Shown one piece after another: positions 23,974-35,500 of a DNA stretch of 64,000 nucleotides. The position numbers were made by a program, and so were the translations under genes. The notes under the pieces are model-generated. The model saw nothing but the letters and a program-made list of their open reading frames with translations. It ran no database searches and was not told where the DNA came from. Source of the stretch: Lingula anatina (lineage: Eukaryota; Animalia; Brachiopoda); contig CM120646.1 in assembly GCA_051362555.1 (NCBI GenBank), positions 14,756,001-14,820,000 on the forward strand. Direction: 5' to 3'. Positions within the stretch are counted from its first letter, which is position 1; each line of letters begins with the position of its first letter.

Positions 23974-26900
23974 CTATTCTGGAAGTAGGATGATCTCCAC
24001 TTTATCATGCACGCCCTGCAACAGCAGCTCTCCATCGTATTTAATAATCTTCCTCTTTTTTGCTGCTTTCAGGGTTCCTACCAGGGCTTCAAAAATGTTG
24101 GCACAGCGGTCATCACTGAACAGTGTCCCAAATGTCAGCACATATGATCCATCATCTCCTGAATTATATATATATAAAAAAAAAGATTATTAAATTTGTA
24201 AAATTACCAAAGAGAGGATTTTCTGTAAAAAATTATTAAACATCTAAATTGTTCAAAGATACTGTCAAAGGTTTACTTATCTCAAATGATAAAAAAAGAC
24301 CTATACTTTTAAACAAAATTAAGCAAAACAGTGTGAACAGATGCTCAATATCTTGGTATTATTTTTATCTTGATCTGTTATGTCACTCTCACTGTATATT
24401 ACTAGCAGATGAATGTCCATTTACAGTAAGATAAAAACGTATCATCTTTGATACAGGGTGTTTTGAATTTTGCTGCCTGACACTGAAATCTAAAAAATCA
24501 CTGAAACAACTCCAGGAAGGACTTGACTACAACAACTAACTTTATTTCTAAGTGTGCTGAATTATATACATTGTCTACTGATCAGAGGGATCACTGCTGT
24601 CAAGTGTGTTTATACTACGTACATTAGTAAGAGTGCTATTTAATGATAATTGATGACAGAGGGTTGGGGTTACTATAAGCTTGACCGATAGTGTTAAGAA
24701 CCATAACATCCCCTTCTTCCTTTAGAAAAGATAATCGGTGCTAAATCAAGGTTGATAGTGTTGACACAGAATAAATGTCTTTTTGATTTCTTGAGTAATA
24801 CCTTGTGCAAGAGAAGTCTCACATGTGAAGCATGTAGTTTAAGTGAGTAAAATAAAGTAAATACAGTGATAAATAAAATCCTAGCTAGTAGAGCTATATG
24901 ACATTGTTCATGCATATGTACATGTTACAAGTTCAGTCTAACAGGTGCTTTTGTTATTCTAGTAGATCGTCGTGGAGATGGCACTGGTGATTGGGGTACA
25001 GTGTTATCCACAGTGTTTGGCACTTGTTTGTTCTGAGCTGCTTCTGAATTCTCAAAGCGGGACTCCTGATCATTGCTTGGTGAATGATTTTGCAAATGGG
25101 TGTTTTCAAAGTCAGACTGATTGAATTTCTCTCCTGTTGGACGTATGTGTATACGGTTGCGTACATACTGACCACCATTGTTAGTTTTTACAACATAGCT
25201 CCTGTTTGGTCTCGTAGAATCTACAATTGCTGGTTCCCATTTGTGACTCTGGGGATGTCGTACTCTCACATGCTGACCAGGAAGTAGGTCAGATAGATTT
25301 CTGGCTGACTGATCATATCTGCTCTTTTCTTTATCCTTTTTTCTTTGCATGTATGCATTTATTTCACCGTCATAAGAGGCATGTGACAGGTGGGGTTGGA
25401 TGGCAGGAAGATTGGTATCATAAGCACGAGAATTTAAGAGTTCTGCTGGCGATGGTATGTTGTGATCTAATGGTGTGCATCTAAGGCACAACATGGCCAT
25501 ATGAGGATCGGTTTTAGCTTCCTTGCATTTAATCAGCAGATTTTTAACAGTTTGAACAGCTCGTTCTATAAATCCATTGGCCTGTGAATAGTGGGGGCTT
25601 GTTTGGACGTGCTCGAAGCCATAATCGTGGCTAAATTTCTGGAATCCAGCCGAAGTAAACTGAGTGTCATTTCCAGTGATAAGCTTTCTCGGGATTCCGA
25701 ATTCTTCAAAGATTGATTTCATGTGAGCAATGGTAGTGTTGGACTGCAAATTGTTCAGCTTTCTGACTACTGGAAATTTGCTGTAATAGTCAGATATGAG
25801 CAAGTAACTGTCATTGTCAATGAAAAATAAGTTTGCTCCCAGTGTGTGCCATGGTTTTTGTGGTACGTCGTGTGGCATTAGCGGTTGTTTGACGTTTGCC
25901 TTCTGGTTGCGTTGGCATGGTGCACATGCTTTAACCATGTTTTCGATGTCTCCATTAATGTTGACCCAAAATACAGATCCTTTGGCACGAAGTTTGCACT
26001 TTTCAGCTCCTTGATGAGCATAGTGTAACTGCTCTAACACCGCTGCTTGAAGCGTTGTTGGGATCAGGATTCTAGTTCCTTTTAGAATAAGGCCATCAAA
26101 TACTGACAATTCATCACGGTAATTCCAATAGTCGTGGAGGTGCGATGGACACTCTGACCTAGTGTTTGGCCATCAGTTTGTGATGAAGTTTCGAAGAGAG
26201 TGAAGTGTCTCGTCCTTGGACGTTTCTTCTCGGATCTGCTTTAGTCTGGTGGGGCTTGCATTCAGCTGCATGTCGATCTCATGCACTGTGACATCTACAC
26301 CTTGAATGGTGTCACCTTCGCATTTTGACAATCTGGAAAGAGCATCAGCGATTGGAATGTTCTTTCCTGGCACATATTTGATAGTTACATCATATTTCTG
26401 AATGCGCAACATCATCCTTGCGATTCTGGGAGGTGCATTGTTCACATGTTTCTGGAATATGGATTGGAGAGGCTTATGATCACTTTCAACAGTGACTTTA
26501 CGGCCATAAGCGTAGTAATGGAACTTCTCTAATCCATGTACAACTGCAAGCATTTCACGCTCTATGTTTGAATACCGCGTCTCGGTTTCTGTTAGTAATT
26601 TGCTCCTGTATTCGACAGGGCGATTGTTCTGCATCAAAGTGGTGCCGAGGCCGCGCTGCGACGCGTCAACCTGAATCGTTACAGGTTTGCTACTGTCAAA
26701 ATATTGCAATGTTTCTGGTGAGGTGATGACAGATTTGATTTTCTCTACTGCAGCCTGATGCTCTGGGCTCCAAACGAACTCATTCTTGCTCTTAGTTAAG
26801 TCCCACAGTACTGCTGAAATGGAAGCTAGGTTGGGTATGAACCTGCTGAGGTACTGGGTGAGGCCAAGAAACGTTTGAAGATCGGCGAGGTTGCTGGACG

Positions 26901-29387
26901 GATCCATGCTGTGGATGGATTCCACTTTCTTCGGGTCAGGTTGTAGACCCTCCGAACTGAGTATGTTTCCAAAGAATGGAATTTCGCTGCATCTGATGCG
27001 CATTTTATCTGGATTGAAACGGATGCCTATTTTTCTGGCACGATCCATGAGGAGATGCAAATTCCTGTCGTGCTCCTCTTTGGTTTTCCCATGGACAACG
27101 ATGTCGTCAATGATTCCTGTAATTCCGTCTAGGTCTCCGAAGGCTTCATCTACCTTTTTCTGGAAAACATCTTGGGCGCATACAAGGCCAAATGGAAGTC
27201 GTAGGAAACGGTATCGACCGTGAGGTGAATTGAAAGTGGTGTACAGTGAACTCTCATGGTCAAGTTTAATGTTCCAGTAACCACTACGAGCATCCAGAAT
27301 TGAAAAATAGCGGGCTCCGCTAAGCCTTGGTAAAATTTCGTCAAAGCTTGGGATTCGATGATGTGGCCTTTTTATCGCGGCATTTAGATCTTTTGGGTCT
27401 AAGCACAGGCGTATGCTGCCATCAGCCTTTGTGACACAGACTAACGAATTGACCCAGTCTGTTGGCTCCTCTACTTTAGCGATGATGCCTTTCTTTTCAA
27501 GAGACTCGAGCTCCGTTTTGAGAGGCTCACGTAACGCTTCTGGTACACGGCGTGGTGGATGCACCACTGGTGGCACCGAGGGATCAAGGGTAATGTGGTA
27601 TTCCCCTTTAAAACAGCCAATGCCTTGGAAACAGTCGGGGTACTGTTCCAGAAGTGCATTGTTAGCATTGGAGTGCTGTATGTCCTCCAGATCAACAGCA
27701 TAGTTAAGTGTAACTAAGCCTAGTTTCTGGCAGGTGTCTATGCCTAGGATAGTCGGCCCATTGGTTTCGAGAACGTGAAATTCATGCTCAGTATTTGAAC
27801 CTCCATACGTCAGTGTCAAGGTGCATGATCCATAATGAGGTATGCGTTGACCACCAAAGGCTACAATTTTGACGCCAGACGGTTTCAAATTGGTATTATT
27901 AGGGCATAATTTGGCATAGTCTTTCTTCGTGATTAGGTTTCCATCGGCACCAGTATCAACTTTGCACGGAAAAGTGATACTATTTTGCTCAGAGCTGATT
28001 TTCAGGTTAATGAAAGCACGCTTGCTTTCAATGCTGCCCACGTATATTGGGCTAAAATATAGCTCATTGCTCTCTTGTGGCTCACAGTCGTCTTCGCTGC
28101 AGGCATGCACTCTATGCATTTGCTGCTTGGGAGTGACGGCGTGTCTGTGTGGCCTGTTTCCACGATGAATTGTGGACTGCTTGTGCTCGGAGCGGCAGCA
28201 CTTTCTCCAGTGGTTAAGTTTCCCACAGCCAAAGCATGTGGACCCGTATGCTGGGCACAGCTCTCTTTTACTGTGATCATGTTTTGATCCACAGTTATTG
28301 CACTGATTTTCCATTGTGGGGTGGCACTTTGAGGCCATGGTAGAAGTTTCTCTCTTCTTATGTGTCCCTTTAAATGTAGGTTTAGGGCGAAACGGTTTGA
28401 TGTGCTTGACTGCATGGACCTGGGCGTCTCGATTGATGTCTGTGAGTTGCTGCGAGGTTGCTTCCTGAGTTCTTGCAATGTCGATCGCCTTGTCCAATGA
28501 CAGAGTTTCACCCAATTCCAGTAATTTGGACTGCGTGCGGGCTGATTTGCACCCAAAAATGAGCGTGTCAAGTATTTGTTCATCTGGTTGGGTATACTTG
28601 CACTCGCTGACCAGAGAACGAATTCTCTTCAAGAATTGATCTACAGTTTCCCCGTTACCTTGCATAAGGGTCCTCAGCTTAAATCTGGCTAGTCTAAAAT
28701 TGCTTTTAGGCTTAACAAATTCTTCAAATTTGTCAAAGTAGGTTTTTAATTCCTTAGATTCATCCCCAGTCAAGTTCCATGTGCTTACTAGGTCTCGTCC
28801 AGTCTCTCCAGCCCATATCTGGAGGTACGCAATCTTTTCAGTCTTAGATTTGTTCTTTAGTGGACCATCAAAGTATAACTCGCACATCTGTTTGAACTTC
28901 TTGTACTCCTGAACTGCATCGGTAGCATGCCAGTTCATGGCAGGTACTGGTAAAGCTCCCAGCTCCATGTGGAAAGACTTTTTTATCAACTGGTTATCAG
29001 CGTTGGCTCACTGTATTGTTATAAAACACAGTCACGTACTTCTGACACCATGAAACAACTCCAGGAAGAACTTGACTACAACAACTAACTTTATTTCTAA
29101 GTGTGCTGAATTATATACATTGTCTACTGATCAGAGGGATCACTGCTGTCAAGTGTGTTTATACTACGTACATTAGTAAGAGTGCTATTTAATGATAATT
29201 GATGACAGAGGGTTGGGGTTACTATAAGCTTGACCGATAGTGTTAAGAACCATAACAATCACTTCTTTAACAATTATAAATAGGCGCATCTTCAGTTTAA
29301 AAATGACAAGCAAGTAAACTTACTTTTTTCTCCAAGTCTTTCCCTGATCTCAGTCTTAAGCAAGTCTATTTCGTGATCCACATTCAT
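23974..29387 (-). CDS. ABRACL: Costars family protein ABRACL
   Basis: Exon 29387-29324 (MNVDHEIDLLKTEIRERLGEK) plus exon 24158-23974 (DDGSYVLTFGTLFSDDRCANIFEALVGTLKAAKKRKIIKYDGELLLQGVHDKVEIILLPE*), joined by a phase-1 GT-AG intron. Not shown in the ORF track. Confidence 0.95.
24502..29257 (-). mobile_element. Full-length Ty3/Gypsy LTR retrotransposon (Mag-like) in the ABRACL intron
   Basis: 207-bp TG...CA LTRs (24502-24708, 29051-29257) with 1 mismatch. 5-bp TSD ATCAC (24497-24501, 29258-29262). PBS TGGTGTCAGAAGT (tRNA-Leu type) at 29050-29038. PPT AAAGGAAGAAGGGGA next to 24709. Confidence 0.98.
24925..28989 (-). pseudogene. gag-pol polyprotein interrupted by one in-frame TGA (26173-26175)
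   Basis: Gag with two Cys/His knuckles, protease KVDTGA, RT (LDARSGYW, LPFGL, IIDD), RNase H (VDAS, EREMLAV, SDHKPL) and integrase (HYAH...CAPC). The two ORFs are in the same frame, 63 nt apart, reading ITN*WP where GWP is usual. Confidence 0.93.
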
Positions 29388-29724
29388 TTCAATTATCTAT
29401 AAAACATAAGAAGATCACAAATGAGATGAACCAAATTTTCTGTCAGGTAGTATCATCGGCTATAATAATTTATTTTGGGGGCGTGTCATTGCTCCTCGGT
29501 CTCAAGGAAGCTTACACGGAGTTATCATATGTTTATTTTTATCGTGTTAAAAACAGGCTACCAGTGGTGTCAACTGGGTTGTAAAAGGGAAGTGATACAC
29601 ATCCTGAGTCAATAATCATTACAGCAGTTATCGTTAAGTTAACTTCCCAATTAAAACAATTTTGCCTACTTCATTGTGGGCAAACAAAGCAACCGGCATT
29701 TCCTATCTCCACGCGGTGACTCAC

Positions 29725-30096
29725 TTTTCATCCGTCGATTACTGCCATTTTAGGTTAGAAAATTGAGAGGCGATAGTTTCTTTCATTTGGATCTTAGCCT
29801 TTATGTACATATGCACATAAGATATACTTACACCTTAACAAAAATCACCCTTGACAAAAGAACAATACCTGTATGGATAAGCAGGTAGAAGTACGAGGCC
29901 ACTACTAGGCGGAAGTAAAGAGGAAGTACAAAGTGCGCGTGCCCCATGAATACATTGCGACGCATGCGCTTTACAATTATTTAGCCATTTTGAAAAATTT
30001 AGTGATCTTCGACTTGGATTTTTATCCATAAAAATATTGATCTGTACCCCAAAAATGGATATTGAGTGCATAAGATAGCGAACGGATCTTGCGAAG
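29725..30096. promoter_or_regulatory. Bidirectional promoter ABRACL/AGAP
   Basis: Divergent genes. Minus-strand donor GTGAGT near 29724. ETS-like CGGAAGT 29910-29916 and AGGAAGT 29921-29927, NRF1-like CGCATGCGC 29961-29969, YY1-like GCCATTTT near 29744 and 29984. Confidence 0.65.
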
Positions 30097-32527
30097 ATGA
30101 ACCAAAGGAATCAGATCCAGCCATTTCACAGTACTTCGCTAATGATTCGCCAGGAAATCCAGCGATTTGAGTCGGTCCACCCTAGCATTTATGCCATATA
30201 TGATCTGATCGAGGCTATACCAGATCCTTTGGTCCAGCAGCAAGTACGCGAACATGTCGTCTGCATTGAAGGTAAGAAATACTAATTGGTAAAAACCAAA
30301 TTTGCGAAGTATATTGAGAGCCTTCTGTCCTTTTTACCTTGGGAACTACACATGTGAAAGGGGAAACATAGTCGAATAAGTCTTTGTTTACAAACATTGA
30401 GGGGCGGTGTGTGTTTCAAATTGGGATTTGCGGTGAATCTGTAAAGCCATTCCAAACCTGTTTTTTATACGCTGCTGCTATAAACTACTGAAGAACACCA
30501 TCCAAATCTAAAATTTCTAATTTTGTTAGTGTTTTATTTAGCTCTTTAGTTTAATGTGACCCAGAATTTTCCTTTGTCCAAAGTATTTACATTATTGAGC
30601 TTTCTTTTGTAAACTAACCTTTGTGTTTAGTGGAGTATTTACAGCAACCAGAAGCCAATAAAGTTATTTGATAGCTAAGCAATAATTTGTTTCAAATTAT
30701 AAAAGCCCCCTTAATACATTTTAGGCAAGGTACTTGCCATGAAAACTGTAAGGGATATAAAAGATCTCATCTACCTGGTATCTGTATGCATATTTTTTAA
30801 CTAAGGACCAATGCACAAGTTGGCATAACTTTGTGCATTCTGCCAAAGCTCTACAGCTGTGATGGCTGTGATATTTAACATGCTTTTTACATGGGTCCTT
30901 TGCACACAAGATGGCTTTCCTTGTATGTTTAGATCAGTTGGTTTACAGTGTTGAGGGATACTATGCATGCATATAAAAGGGGAAATGGACTGTGAAACAT
31001 CTCCAATAATTGAAGGTATCCTGGCTTACCATCCATTTATAAATGCCAGTCAACAGTATAAATGTGTACTGTAAGCTATGACATCCATGCTATTATTAGC
31101 TGATAAGATAGAAAATGAAATACTGGTTAGATTTCAGCCATTGAAATCAAGAAAAACATATATTGTATCAAAACTGTGTAGAAAGTCATTTTTGTGAGGG
31201 GTGTGATTATTTTTAATGCCCATGTTTAACATTCAGATATTTATTGCAAATCTAGCCTTCTAGACCTCGCCCTTGACAGTGTAAACTCATTTACTGTTCG
31301 TTTCTAACTTATATCCCAGAAACAGAACAATGGATCAAAATAAGTTATCAACAAAATAGATAACAGGTTTAGGAGCTATTTTAAGATCTGCCAACTTTCT
31401 GACATTGGTAGTATGACTATGTGATTATTTCACTTTTAAGTTCCATAAGACTGCATGCTTTTAGTTACAGTATTGCCAAAATAAGTGCAACTGTGAAAGG
31501 GGTGGTATTCTAAGAATGCCGAACACATGGCGTGAAAGTTGGCAGGTAGAACACATTTATGCTTATAGGGGTTAGTTTGAACTTATGATACAGCAGTTGT
31601 GGAGTTACATTAAGAATATTAAATCTCTTTTGAATAGAATCTCGTATCAGAGTGTCTAAAGCCATCTAAAAAGAAGCAGCTGTACTCCTGGTAGATAGGT
31701 GTTGATATTATATTAAAATATTTAATATTGAATAAGAACTTAAAATTTTCCCATAGGGGACTTGCTTGATAGGATGAACCTCACAGAACAGAGGCAGTGG
31801 GGAGACAATCAGCAAGTTAGTCTGCTCTGCTTTCATGTAGGGACTGTCATATTTGATCAGTGTCTCAGTACATCCGAGGATCTTCTGTTGTGAATGTTCT
31901 CTTAGTAGCCTAATTTTTTACAAATCATATTATTACATGGAGACTCCCAAGACATGCTTTGAACCCCATCATCACTTTCTTCACATTAGACTCGATATAT
32001 TTCTCCTTGAATCTCCACTACCCAAGGTGTCTATGTTTCAATGTTGTTCAACATGGAAGTGTATAGAATTCAGGAATTATGTCATTGATCTCTGGTTAAA
32101 AGATGAAAACCCTCTCAGGCACACAGATACTTTTCATTTTGAATGTCAGTCTCTTCCCTATCTTTAAAACAGAATGTAAATGAGGATATATTTACTCTTG
32201 TTTACTTCAGACTGAGTTTTCTTACACTTCCATGTTAAATGTTTGCTGTCCAGTTTTGATTTCTCTATCACTGGGAAGTCTTCCTTGGAAAGTGATCTTC
32301 CCATCCATGTGTGCACATCTTGTTGATCAAACACTTGCACATGTTCTCCTGGCATGAGGTTCTGTACCACTTGGCCACTCCAGCTTTTAATTATTAACTT
32401 TGTTTCAATTTTTCCCTCTCTCTCTCTCTCTCCTGTAGCTGTGTTTGTGTAATGTTCACCTGTAAGGCAGACCTGCTTAGTATTTTTGTGACATGTGCAG
32501 TAATTAGAAAACACCCTGTGTGTGTGT

Positions 32528-32561
<34 letters not shown>

Positions 32562-35500
32562 TGTGTGTGTGTGAGAAGGTATTGAAGGATATCAGATATT
32601 TACTCCTTCTCATTTAGGGGTATATTCTTTAAATAATTATACTCACTAGTACATTTCAGAAACTGAGCATTTCTATTTTATTTATGCCGTTTGTTTGCTT
32701 TTTCACTGAAAACGTAACCAGGCATGGAAGGGGGGGGGGGGAGGGGAGGGGAGGATATCAGTTTTAACCATCTACTTTAAAAGTAAGGATTTAATATAAA
32801 TGTGAAATATATATGTATTAATTTGATATTTTATGCATACTTTGTATAATTTGTAAAGATATTTGATCAAAGAATACAAAATTCAGCTTAATGATATGAT
32901 CAAGACTTACCATGACCATAATGATTAAAGAGTCTCAGTCTGTATGAATGACATGAATATGATGAAAAATTAAAAAAAAAGTATGTTCCAAAGACAATTA
33001 GTTAATGTGTTATGTGTATACTGCAGCTCTGTTAGCTGACTAGGCCTTCAGACCTGTGTATTTATGAAAGGTCAGTTGCATTTGAACCCCTAGATTTCCT
33101 GAGAGAGCAATGTGTTTCCCATTTACTTGATAGGATGTTCTCCAGGATAATCATGATGTTAGAATGGATCAAGATGGCATGTTGATTTTTTTTTTTTTTT
33201 TCGGGGAAGGTGGGATGTTTTGCATTTTTTTCTTTTAGTAAATGAGTTGTTTATTGGGATCTATGAATCTACCACCAGTACTTCTTTTTTTCCACAAGTT
33301 TTTTTTTTTTTTTTTTTTTTTTTTTTGTTACTAAAAATGTGACTGGGTTGTTAGTTACCCAAAATTTGTTCATCAAGTACACTAATGATAAGAGGTCTAT
33401 GACACCCTTGTCATCCCTCTTTCCTTCTGTTCTTCCTTCCTTCCTCTGAAGTCTTTACACACCATTGGATTGTGTTGGTTCCTGTTGCATGTAGGAAATA
33501 AGACTTGAGGTTTATTCTGGCATACAAAGGGCTCTTCCCATCATGTTGTCAAAGGACGATTTCATATGGTAAAAGAAATGAAGAAATATTTTGATTAAGG
33601 TTTTGCTAAGTTGTCGTGTTTGGCTAAAAAACAGTCAGTTGAATGACTAAAATAAAAAGTGTGCTATGTAGCATACCCAGAGAATCATGCAAACGGGGCA
33701 ACATGCTGAAATTCCTCCTCCTTCCAAATGTCCATTAACCTTAAACTATGCTTGATTATAAAGGTCGGTAGGAAGTAACATGTGCGCAGGATGAACAGCC
33801 CAGATAGAATTACGTTGTTTGGAGAACAAAGTTTGTCTTTATTTACCATCACTATATGGCTCATTTACAGCTTCTATACCAAATGTTTGATAGCATTCCA
33901 TCTCCTTAGCATTTTGTTTTTCTTACCAAACACTTAAATGTTTTAGTCAGATCACATTGATTTTAGCCATGACAAAAGAGACTGCGTATATATCAAGCCA
34001 TTGTCCTCTTCATCAGGTCAACTCATACCCATTAAAGTGACAGGTGAAAGGTTTTGGACAGGGTACACTATTTTTGACACACAGTGTACCATGGAGCAGA
34101 TCTTTCCCCTGGGATTTTCAAGTTAATGTGGAATGTATTAATGAAAACAAGTTGAAATAAACTGCATTAAAGATGGCATGTTCCCTTGATATTAGATAGT
34201 GTTTTGTGCAGATTTGGGGCAATCGCTTGCCAGAATGCAGTGCCCATGGAGTGGATATCTGTGAAGGGGAGAGCCTATTTAAGTACAGCAGTGTGATATG
34301 GTGTGGAATGCACATTGAGGCTGGCAGGGTCATTATATGCATGCTTAAAACCACACATTTCCATTAGCAGAACATTGAGACAAGTGGTCATACCGGAGTT
34401 TGACAGCTCTGGCAGAAATAACAACATGGGTCTTGCTGGTAGGACAATCTTCCCACTCATTACTACTAGAACATATTGTTTACTAGAATAAAATTATCAA
34501 AACAAAAGTATTTACTTTTTGTTCCTGACATTAACCACAAACACGCACGTATGCATGCACACACATGCAGGTGCACATACACCCCCTCCCACCCCCTAAG
34601 CACTTGTTTTAATTGCAATATGAAAAATGTTTTACCAAAGTCAGTTGTTTTGCTTAAAAAATGTGCAAAACCATTCAAGAACTCTTCGTGCCTTTTCCCC
34701 CCATAGATTATATCGTGCCTCACCATTCTTACCTCTACCTCCATCTTCCAAAATGAAATAATATAAATATATATGAATAAATCTATGATAGAAAAGGGAG
34801 GTATATGTACACAGTTTCTGCTCGGATGCCTTGAATTGGAAAGTATTTGATATTCAGCTGTGGGTTGGGGTAAGATTTTTAAATTAAAATCATTTTTTTC
34901 TCAAAAACACTGGCTTGCTTTAGCTGAAACAATCATTTGAACCAAGGCAGTTATTAAAAGATGTGTACTGTTTCATACTTTCATAAACCAAAGTTTAAAA
35001 TGCTAAACATTTCAGTGAAATTTGTTAAGTACTCAGAAGTCTGTGTGAGTCCAGTTACAGTAGACCACTGAAGTGGTATATGTTACATTTTATAATATCA
35101 GTCTGGTTACAATACTAGTGCATCTAGGTTGTACAACCCAGGGTTAGACATGTGTCCAAGTCAGATAGCATCAAGTTAACATTTTTTTTTTTTTTTTTTT
35201 TTAGTTTTTTTTTTAATAGGATAGTCAGCTAAAGAATGCAGTTATTACTTTCACTGTAATCTGTTCTGTTTGTAAATGTATTCTTTAATAGTAATTTGTT
35301 CAGATTGGTATAGATCTATCTCTGACTACATATTTATTAAATAATAATTAATAATATTAGTTGTAGTAGTATTGGTATTATAATCATCATTAATAGTATT
35401 TTATTATTATTATAATATATATTAGCTTTTATAAGATTTTTACTACAGAAAGCCAGTGTAGTTCTGTCAGTATTGAGTCCATTACTAGAGTGTAGTCTAA

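Noticed and set aside
26173-26175. Programmed read-through of the TGA in the Gypsy polyprotein
   Set aside because: It falls between RNase H and integrase at a normally GWP motif (GGA->TGA, one change), not at the gag-pol junction. A point mutation or base-call error is simpler.
26891-28583. Antisense and alternate-frame ORFs within the Gypsy element
   Set aside because: Shadows of the gag-pol frame with no recognisable domains.
29038-29050. tRNA gene
   Set aside because: Only the 13-nt primer-binding site complementary to a tRNA 3' end. No cloverleaf. No tRNA or rRNA gene was recognised in the window.
34303-34491. Another alternative AGAP first exon (…MGLA G|GTAGG)
   Set aside because: Phase-compatible, but only four codons follow the ATG and the donor is modest. 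A chance match is likely.
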